From Amphiscolops sp. MND2022 (lineage: Eukaryota), in assembly GCA_964187785.1 (NCBI GenBank), contig CAXLNC010001016.1, positions 1 to 64,000 of the forward strand: DNA of 64,000 nucleotides, read 5' to 3'. A model generated the notes under the pieces. That model had not been told where the DNA came from, did not search any database, and was given only the letters and a program-made list of their open reading frames with translations. This document shows, piece by piece, positions 37,875 through 50,629 of this stretch. Each line of letters opens with the position of its first letter. The first letter of the stretch is position 1. Position numbers and translations under genes: made by a program.

Positions 37875-40800
37875 CGGGTGCGTAATTGAACCCCATTTTC
37901 GTCACTTCAAGAGAGCTTAATTGAACCCCGCCTTTTTGGAGCCTCGAAAACGCTACAAAATAGGGTTTCGGTCCCCCCCAGAAACTAAGCCAAATATGTC
38001 GAAAACACAATTTCTTTTTCTGTCCCTGGTTTATAGAGGTTTTCAGAAAAGTGCATTTTTCGACAATCCCGCTTTGTGAAGTCCCGAAAACACTATAAAA
38101 ATTGTGGTTTCGGAGACACGACGCCAAAAGAAGGAAAAGCGTGCAAATTCTAAAGGTCTCTGTGTGCTTCGACAAAGCGCGAGATTTTCGCACGGGGGGC
38201 GATGGGTCGGTTCACGGGATTTCTCCGCCCTATGCCTGAAACCACAGATTTTCTAGTGGTTTCGGGCACATACACTGGGATGGTTCTTCCTCATGTGCCT
38301 GAAAACACTAGTTTTATTGTGGTTTCAGGCACATGAGGAAGAACCAAGACAAACAAGAAGAAGACAAAGAAGAAGCAAAACAAGATAAATAAGCATACGC
38401 AAAACAAGAACAATAAGAGAAAGAAGAAAAAGGAGAAGAGGAAGAAGAAGAAAAAGGAGGAAAATAAGATGAAAAAGAAAAAAGAAGAAGAAGAAGAAAA
38501 AGAAGAAGAAGAAGAAAACGGAAAATAATAATAAGAAGAAGAAGAAGGAAAATGACAGAAAGACAAGAAGAAGAAGAAGACGAAGAAGAAGAAGAAGAAG
38601 AACAAGGAGAAGAAGAAGGAGGATAATAATAAGGAGGAGAAGGAGAAGGAGAACAACAATAATAATAATAATAATGATAATATGAAGTTGTCTGCCCTAT
38701 GCCTGAAACCACTATTTTTATAGTGGTTTCAGGCACACACATTGGGGTGGTGTCGGTTGTTTGGTTGTTGCTGTTTTTGTGGTTGTTTGTTTGTTTATTT
38801 GTTTGTTTGTTTGGGTGTTTGTTTGGGTGTTGTTGTTGTTGTTGTTGTTGTTGTGTTTTTGTTGTTCTTGTTTTTGNNNNNNNNNNNNNNNNNNNNNNNN
38901 NNNNNNNNNNNNNNNNNNNNNNNNNNNNNNNNNNNNNNNNNNNNNNNNNNNNNNNNNNNNNNNNNNNNNNNNNNNNNNNNNNNNNNNNNNNNNNNNNNNN
39001 NNNNNNNNNNNNNNNNNNNNNNNNNNNNNNNNNNNNNNNNNNNNNNNNAAGACACATAAGTAGAAGAAGAACAAAGGAAAACAAGAAGAAAAATAATATG
39101 AAGAAGAAAAAGAAAGAAAGGCAATGAAGAAGAAGAACAAGAAGGGGGTCAAGAACCAAAGGAAGAAGAAGAGAGCAACAACAACAGGACAAATATGAAG
39201 AAGACAAACCAGAAGAATAATAAGAAGACGAAGAAGAAAATAAAAAGAAGAAGAAGAAGAAGACCAAGAAGACTAAAAATAAGAAGAACAAGAAGCAGAA
39301 ACATAAACAGAAGAAGAAACATAGAATACGAAGAATAAACATAAAATGAAGAAGAAAACAATCAATATAAATACGCAGAAGAAAAAGAAGATGAAGAAGA
39401 AGAAGAAGAAGACAATAAGAAAAAATAAGAAGAAAAAGAAGAAGAATGAGAAGAGAAATGAGAAGAAGAGGAAGAAAAAAGAACAAAAATACAAAAAGGG
39501 GGGGCAAACCATGGGGGAAAACACACTTTCTCTGCCCTTCTCTCCTCCTTGTTCTTCCTCTCCTCGTTGTTCTTCTGCTGCTGTTGCTTCTTCTTCTTCT
39601 TCTTCTTCTTCTTCTTCGCCTTCTTCTTCTTCTTCTTCTTGGTCTTCTGATGGTTCTTCCTTTTCTTCTCTTCCTCATCTGCTTCTTCTTCTTCCTCTCC
39701 TTCTTCTTCTTTTGCTTATTTTTTCTAGTTCTTCACCTTGTTCTTCTTTTTCTAGTTCTTCTTCTTGCGTTCTTCTTCTTCTTCTTCTTCTTCTTTTTGT
39801 TTTTCCTTCTTGCTCTTCTCCTTCTTCTAAGAATCTCTTCTCCTCCTTCTTCGCTTCTTTCTTCTTCTTGTTCTTCTTGGGAACAGAAGACCCGAACACC
39901 CCCCCAAACAAAGGGGGCGTTTGCCCAAATATGTTGCAGCAAACGCAAAATAGTGGTTTCAGGCATAGTGTTTTCGTTGTTATTCTGTTGTTCTTGTTTT
40001 TGGTTGTTGTGGTTGTTGTTGTTGTTTGGTTGTTGTTGTTTTCTTCTTGTTTTGTTGTTTTGGTGGTTCTTGTTGTTTTGTTGTTTGTGCTGTTTCAGAA
40101 AAAAAACAAAACAGATAAGCAGAAGAAGAACAAAGTAAAACAAGACAAAGAAAAAGAAGATGAAAAAGAAGGAAAACTATTATGAGGAAGAAGAAGAAAA
40201 TAAAGGCAACTAAGAAGAATAAAAAAGGAGGTCAAGAACCAAAGGAAGAAGAAGAGAGCAACAACAAACGGACAACTATGAAGAAGACAAAGCAGAAAAA
40301 CAAGAAGAAGAAGACCAAGAAGAAGAAAAATACTAAGAATAAGAAACAGAAACAAAAACATTGAATAAGAAAAAGAAGAATATGATTAATAAGAAAATCA
40401 GTATAAATAAGCAGAAGAAAAACAAGATGAAGAAGAAGAAGAGGAAGAACATAAGAAAAAAAAGGAAGACAACGAAGGGAAATGAGAAGAGAAATGAGAA
40501 GAGAAATGAGAAGAGGAGGAAAAAGAACAAACAACACAAAAGGGGGGGGGCAAAACATGGGGGAAAACACACTTTTTCGCCCTTCTCTCCTCCTTGTTCT
40601 TCCTCTCCGCCTGGTTCTTCTGTTTCTTCTTCTTCTTCTTCTTCTTCTTTTTCTTCTTCTTCGCTTTCTTCTTCTTGGTCTTCTTCTGGTTCTTCTTTTT
40701 CTTCTCTTCCTCCTCTGCTTCTTCTTCTTCCTCTCCTTCCTCTTCTGCTTCTTCTTTGTCTAGCTCTTCTCTCCTTCTTCTTCTGTTCTTATTATCATCC

Positions 40801-41660
40801 TTGCGTTGTTGTTGTTCTTCTTCTTCTTCGAAGCCTCCTTCTTGTTATCTTCCTCCTTCTGACTACTCTCCTCCTGATTCTGATAATTCTTCTTCTTCTG
40901 GTTCTTCTGGTCCTTTTTCTTCTTTTCTAGTTTCTTTTTTTTCCCTTCTTCTGCTTCTTCTTCTTCTTCTTCTTCTTCTTGTTCTTCTTCTCTTTTGTTT
41001 TTTTTTTTGGGGGGGGGGGCTGGTGGTTGCTGTTGTTGGTGTTGCTCTTCTGGTTGTTTTTCTTGTTGTTTTGTTGTTTTGCTTGTGTGCAGCAAAAACA
41101 AAAACGAAAAAAAAAAAAAAAAAGAACAAATGACAACAACACGAAGAAACATACCTGTTTTTCTTCTTCCGGTTCTTCTTCTTTCTTATGTTGCTTCTCT
41201 CTTCCCTCTGTTCCTGCCTCTGCAAATTCTTTTCCAACGGTCCAGCCCAAAACGCAACACAAAAAAAGAAATGCGGGAAGAGAAGACACACAAACAACCC
41301 ACAGAGGAAAAATAAAACAACAAAAGATTTGAAACCCAGATGCCCCCACGTTTCGCACCAATTTCTCGCAGCAAACGCGTTTCTCCCCGTGTTTAGGCCC
41401 AAAAAAAAAAAAAAAAACGTCGCACTCCCCGTAGCTCGGGGCCATCCGGGAGCAAGAGCAGGGCAAAAAACCTGTTTTCCCCCGAGAAAAATGGAAAAAA
41501 GGCCAAAAATGAAGCCAAAATTCATGGGTGCTTAATTGAACTCCAAAAGTGGCAACCAAAATTGGGCCTTTGTTGATCAAAAAAATCATTTCCGCACTAC
41601 GTTTTCGCAGGTTTCGTGCAAATAGGGTAAAAAATGGGGTTCAATTAAGCACCCGGCAGC
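37875..41660. mobile_element. TA-flanked TIR element G (3.8 kb) with GAA/TTC/AAC low-complexity interior
   Basis: TIRs CGGGTGCGTAATTGAACCCCATTTT ... AAAATGGGGTTCAATTAAGCACCCG(GCAGC); right end followed by (AT)n; no coding capacity. Confidence 0.8.
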
Positions 41661-41679
41661 ATATATATATATATATATG

Positions 41680-42031
41680 GCTGTGGGGCCATTTGCCGCC
41701 GCAAATCTTGCCATTTTTATCGTTTTTTCCCCAGTTTTATAGCAAAAGCTGGTCAAAAAGAGATGTTGCAAATTTGCCCCGTCTCTGTTCGTTCCCGGTC
41801 AATCGAAATCAGCCAAAATTGGCTTGAGACTGCAGTCCCAAGCCTTTTTTTTCAAAAAAAATGATTGGGACTGCAGTCTCAGGCCTTTCTATTGGTTCAT
41901 GTTGGGTTTAAATGTTAAATTTGTTGGCCTTTTTGGCCCCAAAAGGCTTCAAGCTGCAGAAATGTTAAACATGTAAAACTTGACCTTTCCAAAAAAGGCT
42001 AAAAATTGTGGCGGCAAATGGCCCCACAGGC
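41680..42031. mobile_element. TA-flanked TIR element F (352 bp)
   Basis: TIRs (G)CTGTGGGGCCATTTGCCGCC ... GGCGGCAAATGGCCCCACAG(GC); (TA)n on both sides. Confidence 0.85.
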
Positions 42032-42085
42032 ATATATATATATATATATATGGCCTTATATATATATATATATATATATATAGAT

Positions 42086-42838
42086 GCTGTAGGGTTGATA
42101 ACTTGGCCATTTTTTGGCCAAAGTAGGGTCAATAACTTGGCCATGGTAGGGTGAATAACTTGGCCATCTTTTTTTGAGCCTACAAATATAGGGTTTTTTG
42201 GAGATTTTTTGGTGCACAGTTTTCAGGGGGTGGTGCAAAATTAGTGTTTTAGAAAAACAAATTTGGTCAAAAAAGGGGTTTCCGAAAAAAAATGTGCACC
42301 TTTTTTTGGGGAGTTTTGCTTTACTTCCTTGTTGCTGCATGATGGCACTAGATGCTTTAGAAGGGTGTGCAAAAAACCCTATAAAAATAGTTTTTTTTTT
42401 GTGCACCCTCTTGCTAGATGCAGAAGAAACAGAAAAAAGAAGAAAAAAAAAGTAACACCCAAAAAATGGGGGTTTCAGAATCCTCAAAAACCCTATTTTT
42501 ATAGCGTTTCCCGAAAAATGGGTGGTCGCCATTTTTTTTGAAAAAGGCTATGTTACAAGGAGGACACTTTTAGAAGGGCAAAAAAAAATGATAACTTTTT
42601 GGTGTCTTTTAGACAGAAATGTCTGAGAAGATGCCAAAACAAAAAAGGGGGGGGTTGGGGGGGGGGGGCGAAGCCCCCCCAGAAAGCAAGAGAGAAGCAG
42701 AGTCATGGCAGAGTTCTGGGTGTTTTTGTTGTTGTTTGTTGTTGTTTTTTTTTGTTTTTCTGGTTGTTGTTGTTGTGTCTATGTTTATTGGTTGTTGCTT
42801 CTTGTTGTTGTAGTTGTTTTGTTTTTGTTGTTGTTGTT

Positions 42839-42870
<32 letters not shown>

Positions 42871-44094
42871 CTCATTGTTGTTGTCATTCTTTTTGTTGTG
42901 GTCATTGTTGTTGTCATTGTTTTTGTTGTTGTTCTTGTTGTTGTTGTTTCCCCAGAACACCCCCCCCAAAAAAAAACTTCAAAAAACACGTGTTTTTTTT
43001 CCAGTGTTTTTTGCCTTATTTTCTTCTTCTCCCTCTGTTTCTTAGTCTTGATTTCTCTCTCTTTCTTTCCTTTTTTTATCCTTTTTCCCTCTCTTTCCTT
43101 CCTTTTCTTTCATTCCTTCTTTCCTTTCTTCCCTTTCTCTTTCTCTTCCTCTTTCTTCTTTCCTTCCTTTCTTTCTTTCTTTGCTTCTTATGTTCTTTCT
43201 TATTTTCTTCTTGTTGTCCTTGTTCTTCCATTTTTTGGTTTCATTGTTTTGCTTGTTGCTCCTATGACTCTTGTTTTTGTTGTTCTTATGTTGTTTTTTT
43301 TTTGTTTTTGTTGATTTTGGTGTTTTTTGTTCTTGTTGTTGTGTGTTGTGTTGTTAAGATAGGCATAGCCTAAAAAAACAGAAACCAAAAAAAACACCCC
43401 CCCCCCCAAAAAAAAAGTGGAAGTACTGTCTCCCCGAGAAAGATTACCCGCCCGAAATTTATTTTCTGAATTAATTAGAAATTGCCCTTACCCGCCGTTA
43501 CCCGAAATTAATTTTCAGAATTAATTGTCGAAGAAATTACCCGGAAATGCCCCTACCAAATGCGTGGGCTCTTACCCGAATTGCCCGAAATCGGCTTCGC
43601 AAATTAATTAAAGATTACCCTTACCTGGGGTTACCCGGAATAAATGTTTTGAATTAATTGGGTAATGTTTGTCGGGAGGAGAGTACTTCCGGGTATTTTT
43701 TACAAGACAAGTTATGGTTGCATGTGCCAAAGTTATTGCTTTTTTTTGGCTGTTTTGTTGTTTTTTGCCTTGCTGCTCAAAAGCACTACAAAAATAGGGA
43801 TTTTTGATGATTTTGAGATGTTGAGTTTTAGCATTTTTGGTCAACAAAGTAGGGTCAATAACTTGGCCATGGTAGGGTCAATAACTTGGCCGTCTTTTTG
43901 GCCAAAATTTTGCCCAGAAAGATGGCCAAGTTATTGACCCTACAGTTTTCACGATTTTTTTTGGTTAAAACTCCTTTTTTCCAAAAAATCTCATTCTCCC
44001 TGCAGAAAGAAGAAGTATTTAAAAAACAAAAAAAAACAAAAACAAAGATGGCCAAGTTATTGACTTATGATGGCCAAGCTATTGACCCTACAGC
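42086..44094. mobile_element. TA-flanked TIR element A (2.0 kb)
   Basis: TIRs GCTGTAGGGTTGATAACTTGGCCA ... TGGCCAAGCTATTGACCCTACAGC; subterminal GGTCAATAACTTGGCC repeats; TA-rich flanks. Confidence 0.9.
43428..43681. mobile_element. 254-bp insertion inside element A
   Basis: Flanked by AGTACT at 43422-43427 and 43682-43687; element B shows the empty site with one AGTACT (54013-54018); interior built of ATTACCCG/GGGTAAT motifs. Confidence 0.85.
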
Positions 44095-44181
44095 ATATAG
44101 ATATATGTATTTTTTGTATACATATCTTTCTCTCTTGCAAACAACCTCGCTGTCCCTACTACAACTACCGCCGCAGCAGCA

Positions 44182-44225
<44 letters not shown>

Positions 44226-45649
44226 TATTGCTACTGGTGTCCTGCAGGATGGCTTACTGAAAGGGGAAGCCTAGAAACACAGAGTGTCATGATCAGTCCC
44301 CACAGGGTCCGGCTACACAAAGAACGCCATGAAGAAGAAGATCACTTTACAATATTAACCTTGAAAACCCTAACCTTCTTAAATAAGGAGTCTAGGCCGT
44401 TTTTCCTAAGCGATAATAGCATTTGGCGCCTAGCCTCTGTTTCTTCCCTTAGCGATTCCAGCATTTGGAGGTCTTGCAGGCTATTTTAGCCTTGCGATCA
44501 TAGCATTTTGGAGCATTTGCGTCCGTTGTCCCCAAATACTATTTTCGCCTAGGAAAAATGGAATTTAAGGAGTGTAGCCTCCTTATTTAAGGAGGTTACG
44601 GTCTTCAAGGTATTAAGGCTGTGAATTGAGAAGGAATCTCATATTCTAAACACATCCCAGCACAAGACTTGGCAACTAAAACGTGAACAGAACACGCCTG
44701 TTTGGGGGAACGTGACATGTCTAGTACAGTAGAGGAACCTTAGGGAGTCATATGCGAGTGATGGCTTTGAAGATGTTGCTCATGCCAGGCGCATGCAAGA
44801 CGCATGGCGTCTCCCTCTCAAACAGAGCATAACCAAAACGAGCATGAAACACCTTCGGTTGACAATCCCAGCACTCAGCTTCTCGAACATGAGCTTGTGC
44901 GGCGGAGATCCATGAGGAACACGAAGACTTCAATGTGTAACCCCTGACATGTCACAACCAGAACATCATGCCACGTCTACGGACTTGTACTGAAATTTGA
45001 CAAAGCAAAAATATAGGGGCAGCAGAAGCATGCATTAGGAAATCAGGGCAACAGAGCCATGCATTAGGAAATCAGGCCAAGTGGCGTCACATCAAGCACT
45101 TTCTGTGTGTTGTAAGACAAGTCATTGCATGAATCGATTTGACATGTTGAAGCACCACACACCACGGAAAGACAGGAATACTTAATTGTGAGCATCTATG
45201 AATGCAACCATATCTCGTTTCAAAGAGAGTTGCCCCCCAACACCCCTTGTTCCTAAAGGTCTAACAACCTCACTCTTCTTGGCCCTGCTCAAATGGGGTC
45301 GGGCCTTGAGGGGGTCATGCAATTCTTACTCAATCCTGTGAGGCTCATGTTAAAATCCGACTAAAATGCGGTCCAAGCCCCTCAAATCATGTGTTCTCGA
45401 ACGTGCATGGCGTACCCTGAAAAGGTTGAAAATGCAAAATCTGGCAAGTATCCAGTTCAATCCGTCCTGCTCCATTTGCGTCTGACCCCTGTAGCCAGCA
45501 CTACCTTCTTCTAGAAGAGAGCAAGCTGGCCTCTGGAGGGTCCAAGTCTTCCGGCTAATAACTCCGATTCTCCCTGGCCTCTCTCTTTGTGTAGTGTCCG
45601 CGGTTCCATCTCCGCAGCGCTGATGTTCTCTGGGCTGGATCGCATAAGC

Positions 45650-46690
45650 GTTATAGCCAGTCTCCATTTGAGCTGAGCAGCTTGCCAAAGTGCACAGGGG
45701 TCTTGGCGAAGCTGATTGGATGGCAGCATGGATGATGCTTGAGGCCAAACGAGAAGTAACCCACAGTGCCACGTGGGAGAACGAGGAGGAGGGGTAGGGG
45801 GGTTTCCCAGCAGTCTTGCCGTGAGAAAGACGTTCTTCTACAGAGAAGGGGACCGAGGGAGAGAATAGAGAGAGATAGAGAGAGAGAGAGAGAAAAAAAA
45901 AAAACACAAAAAAGGAGTGAGGCACGCATCGCCACCTGAAGTCATAGCGAGGCCCCTTTCTTGTCAGCATTGGCAAGCAATGTTGGCAAGCTGGACAATA
46001 AAGCACCACAGACAGGTGCCGCCCTGAGACAGGTGTAGACGAGCAGTTCAGCATAAGCAGGTAAGTTATGCACATGTACAGGGGCCTGCCCTTACCGGGA
46101 CACTGGCTGGAATAGCCCCTTATCGCGATAGGCCTTCGGTCATCGTTTTTCTTTGTTTTTTTTTTGTTTTGTTTTTTTTTTTTTGGCTTCTTTTTTTTAT
46201 TACGACATTGCTTTCCTTTTTCTTTTTCTAGTTATTCTTCTTCTCCTTCCCTTCTGTTTCCGTTTTCTGCTACATCGTAGTATCACCTTGCATCTCCACA
46301 GCCAATATGTTATTTCGTAGATCTCCCACAAGATCCTCGGTCAGGAGCAAATCCAACACTTGTTGCTTGAAAAGATGTCTGCCATGTTGATGGGGCAACG
46401 TACCCTTCTTTCTTAACAAGAGAGCTTGAGAGCAGACAAGCAAGCAGCAGGCAGATTGTCCCGACATGTCAAGAGGATGACCAATCCCAACGCAAGAGAT
46501 GCACCAAGAGGATTGCAGATGAGTAAATCATGGCTAGTTCTGGCATCAGGAAAGCAAATGGGATCTTCGGCCATCATGTTGATTGCCACATCACAACAGT
46601 GAGCAAAAACAAGACTCCGTGCAATGATTCTAGGAGACGTTCGTCTTCAGTGAATCGTCGAAAGTCCCCGACGCCCTGTCTTGGTTACCC
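45650..46690 (-). repeat. Diverged second copy of 33800-35130 with its own insertions and deletions
   Basis: Collinear matching blocks, e.g. GCGAGGCTCCTTTCTTGTCAGCGTTGGCAAG (33930) vs GCGAGGCCCCTTTCTTGTCAGCATTGGCAAG (45947); ACCAAGAGGATTGCAG (34932/46504); GCCACATCACAACAGT (35015/46586). Confidence 0.8.
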
Positions 46691-47461
46691 CTCCAACTGG
46701 GCTTTCCCACATGTTTCTAGGACTTGAATGGTCTTGCTCCTCTAGGGGCAGGCAACAACATATAAACTCATTTTTCTAGCTGAGAACTCGCCAGTGCGGA
46801 GCCTTACCCTTCACCACCCCAGAACCTCTCATGCTATTTCTCTTGCTCATTCCTTTCTTAGTGGCTTAAAACTCGACAATTCTAAAACACTTGCATTGGC
46901 AATTTGCTTGCTTTTGTTCTCTGAAACGCTGTGATTAAAACGCAGTGTTTAGGCCGTTTTCTTCCTTTGTTATCAAATTGCGTGCCAAAACGCAGCGTAG
47001 CCAGCTGAGATTTGCAATTTGCGACTGCGATTGTCCCCTTTCCTAACCCCCTAGGAGCTGCGATTTTAAAAGTGTGTTGCCAAAACGCGTCGATCTGGAC
47101 TCTGCATACACATGTTGCCAGGAGCTAGCCATCGACAACATACCATCATTAAGGTGCAAAGCTATTATGGAGCACAAAAGCGCTTTCCTCCCCCAAAACT
47201 ATTTGGGAATCATTGACAATCCATTCAATGATTTCAACTCTGTTTCACCACAAGGTTGTGGATCAAGTTTTCGAGTGGAATTACCCGTCGGGGGAAAGGA
47301 GCATACCCCACACAATCAGAAGAGTGCGGTTTTCCTCTGCGCTTCCACTTCCCAGAAGAATGTCATTCTTGAGAGAATCATTGGGTAATCCTATCACACC
47401 TCAGGGTATCACATACCTTCTTCAATGCTGGAAATGCATTGCTGCAATGATTGCAGTAGGG

Positions 47462-47755
47462 TTGCGACCCTGCGGGCCTGGTACAGATTACAAAAACCCC
47501 TGAATCCCGAAAATACGAAAAACTACGAAAAAATACAAAATCCCCCTTCCCGGGTCGGGGCCCGAAACTTTGCAAAAAAATACCGAAAAAAATACAAAAA
47601 TGGTGATTTTTGGGCCATTTTTGAATTTCTTCGGTAATTTTTGCAAAGTTTCGGGCCCCGACCCGGGAAGGGCGATTTTGTATTTTTTTCGTAATTTTTC
47701 GTATTTTCGGGATTCAGGGGTTTTTGTAATCTGTACCAGGCCCGCAGGGTCGCAA
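47462..47755. mobile_element. Fold-back MITE, TTGCGACC termini, 8-bp TSD CAGTAGGG
   Basis: Long inverted arms; TSD at 47454-47461 and 47756-47763. Confidence 0.9.
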
Positions 47756-49129
47756 CAGTAGGGGTTTGGCTCCCTTGGCCGCACTCATTGATGTGATCAT
47801 GGCAAGTTCGTAGCATTGATCTCGCCAGCTTGGTCGTGGGTTGGTTGGTGTGTTCCTGCGGAACTTCCGAAGACATGGCAGTCATTGCAGTTTTTCGAAA
47901 TATGTGGCGAGCTCGTCTTCCAATCATCATTGCAGCTTCAATTCCAGCAAAACGTTCTGGGGACCCTAAACACAACAATTTCGTCCACAGTGGTGGGAGG
48001 TTTGGCATGTGGCCCTGGAGTGTGCGAAGCCCTGTTGGAGCAAGCCCCACTGCGGTAAATTGTGTTCCCCCCCTCCCCCCCCGCCCGGGACCCAGAAGAC
48101 CCTTTGAACCCCCGCTGCACCCCTCTGGGATCCTTCTGAACCCCCCCCCATCCCAAGGACCCTCTTCCCCCCTCACCCCCCGAAATCCCTCCAGCCATGC
48201 ACAATTTGCTGCATGGCTGTTTGCCCCACAGGGGCTTGCTGGGAGGGTGGGCCGCTGGGGGAGGGGGGGGTTGAATCTTGTTTCGGGGGTCAAAATTCCC
48301 ACCAAGTATTATTGCAAGTCTATCAGGTCAAAACTTTTGCATAACAAAATGTTTCATAACAGGGCAGAGAGTGTTTTTACTGTAAAATACAGAAAATCTG
48401 GAAAATACCATCTAAATCTTTGGATTACATACATTGAAAATTTTTCCGGGAATATTAATATGTAACAGTCGCCCTGAAATTACATAGAAATATTTTTTTC
48501 CTGGAATTTTCCTACGTAAGGGTTACGTAAGGTTACGTAAGGGTCATGTAATGGCTCTGGCCTGTGTCTCGCTCCCCTCCGTGGCCCTGTCCTCTTGTGC
48601 TTGTCTGCCCTTGCAGGGATGGAGAGCACAAAAATCCTGGAAATAGCAGCACTTTTGGGTGCAGGGAGCACAAAAATCATGGAATTTTTGCAGCACTTTT
48701 GGGTGCCAAGAGCACCAACATCCTGGAAAACGCAGCACTTTTGGGTGCAGACAACACAAATCCTGGAAAGTGCAGCCTTTCAAAGTGCACCCTCTCGTGT
48801 TTCACGCCGCTTCACATTGCCCACAGGATAAGATCTGCGGAGTCACGAAATGAGTCTTGAAATCTACAGGATTATTTAAGTTGCAAGGGTACATATTCAA
48901 AATCCCTGGACAGCAGACCTTTACATGAGAAAAATTTCGGGGAATAGGAATATGTAATGGGCATGTAAAGCAATACGTTGGTTACATAGAAATATTTTCC
49001 AGGAATTTAATATGTAATCCAAAGATTTGGATGGTAAATTGCCCAAAATACAGTGGAAAATCGGGCTCGAAAATTGAATTTTGTTCTCTGTTATGGTTTG
49101 TTTCAGGCCTAGTCTAGATCCACTTATTC

Positions 49130-50400
49130 TCACTCTATGCCAGAGTCTATGGTAGTGCCACTTGCGACACGATCGAATAAGGTAGCGGTCGAAGCCCTCT
49201 TCTCATGCATTCCGCCAGCTTCCAGTCCGGACAGAAGGCTGAACGCCAGTCACTCTGTCACAAGCTGCCCTGGCCAGGGAATGAAGGGGACAAGTTCAAG
49301 AAATGATTGCGCCATAAATCTAAGAGCACCGGTCTGCTCAGACTCTGCTGTGCCATTGATGTTCTGGGCGTGCTTAAGGGGACAAACTAAGGGGACAAAC
49401 CGAACGCAGATCTTCGCAGATTTTTGCAGATTCTCGCCTAAAACAAAGCATTTGGGAAGCGCAGATCAGGCCACTCTGTCTCAGTCCAGAAGCTGACAGC
49501 TGAGTGAACGAAGGTTGTGTGACATTCCCGCCTCCACTTTACGATCTCCTCTTCGTTCTCAGGCTCCGCTTCGTGTTCCACTCCAGCATTGGCCCAGGGC
49601 TCCTGCAACATGTCTGCCCCAAACGCTCTTGCAAAGGTCCGTTGCCAGAGGCTGTGAACGTGAGGCCCCAGAAAGTTCATTGCCTGTAGCCCACGCCTTC
49701 CAATTTCCTCTGCAGAGTGTTTTCAGAGAAAGTGCCTGGAGCAGTCTTGAAAGCCAGAATGCCAGCTTGCGTTGAAGATGCGCTTGGGATTCGCAGCAAC
49801 CAACTCCTTTGCAGAAATGGCCCACATATGTTGCATCTTGCCAATTGGCATTGAGAAGGCATTCAGAGACGGCACGTACTGTAGCTGCAGCCTGTGCTCG
49901 TTCGTTGGTGGGGCAGAAGAGAGATAGGATGTATTCTCTGTACTGTGTGGCTTGTGGAGACATGTTGTTGTGCCGGATGATGACACATGACTCCTGTGCA
50001 ACCTGCACAAGTCCATCTCGAAATCGCTCTTGGGGCACGCAGAGTCAATATCGACTGCATCACTCTGGTCAAAGCCGCCTCCGTCCAGGTCAAGGAACGG
50101 TTCTGCTGGCACATGTGCTAAGTTTTACAGGTGCCCTGACACCTTATAAGTTGGGATTTGCAACATTGACACACCAAAATACTCTGCAAGACCCAAATCT
50201 TCAATGGTGCAACAAAGCAGGAGAGCGCACACAGAGAGACTCTGAAAACGTTGGATGCCCAATCGGAAACTTGTATTTGGTGCCCTGCTTCCGAGGAACT
50301 TCCGAGGACATGCGAGGACTTCTGTGTGCACAGTTACCTATTTTGGACAGGCGTACTGTCCCTGATGCTGCACCTTCTCGGTGCGCATGTTAGTTCTCAT
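49130..50400 (-). pseudogene. Decayed ORF, possible DDE (hAT-like) transposase remnant
   Basis: Successive minus frames: QVSDWASNVFR (50270-50240), Cys/His patch VCQCC...HMC, frameshift into QERFRDGLVQVAQESCVII...LNANWQDATYVGHFCKGVGCCES, then WQRTFARAFG...KWRRE. SDWASN recalls the TDNASN motif of hAT transposases; weak match. Confidence 0.3.
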
Positions 50401-50629
50401 GCGTTTGTCCCCCTCTCCCCTTATGCGCGGCCTTGTTAAAGGGGTCTTTTCAGCACGGTCCATCTTCTAGAGATCTAGTGGAGATTCTAGAGACGCCAGA
50501 GCGCGGCAGAACAAGGTGCACTCGACCCTCTTCTAGAGATACGTAGATCTCAGGGATCCTCACGGTAAAAGATCACTTTCGTAATGACCCCCTTTAATTT
50601 CCGTTTCCGAGCATGAATAGTAGATTGAT

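Noticed and set aside
38291-43409. Long Lys/Arg/Phe/Ser-rich ORFs (up to 454 aa)
   Set aside because: Translations of GAA/TTC/AAC/GTT low-complexity DNA and N runs inside TIR elements.
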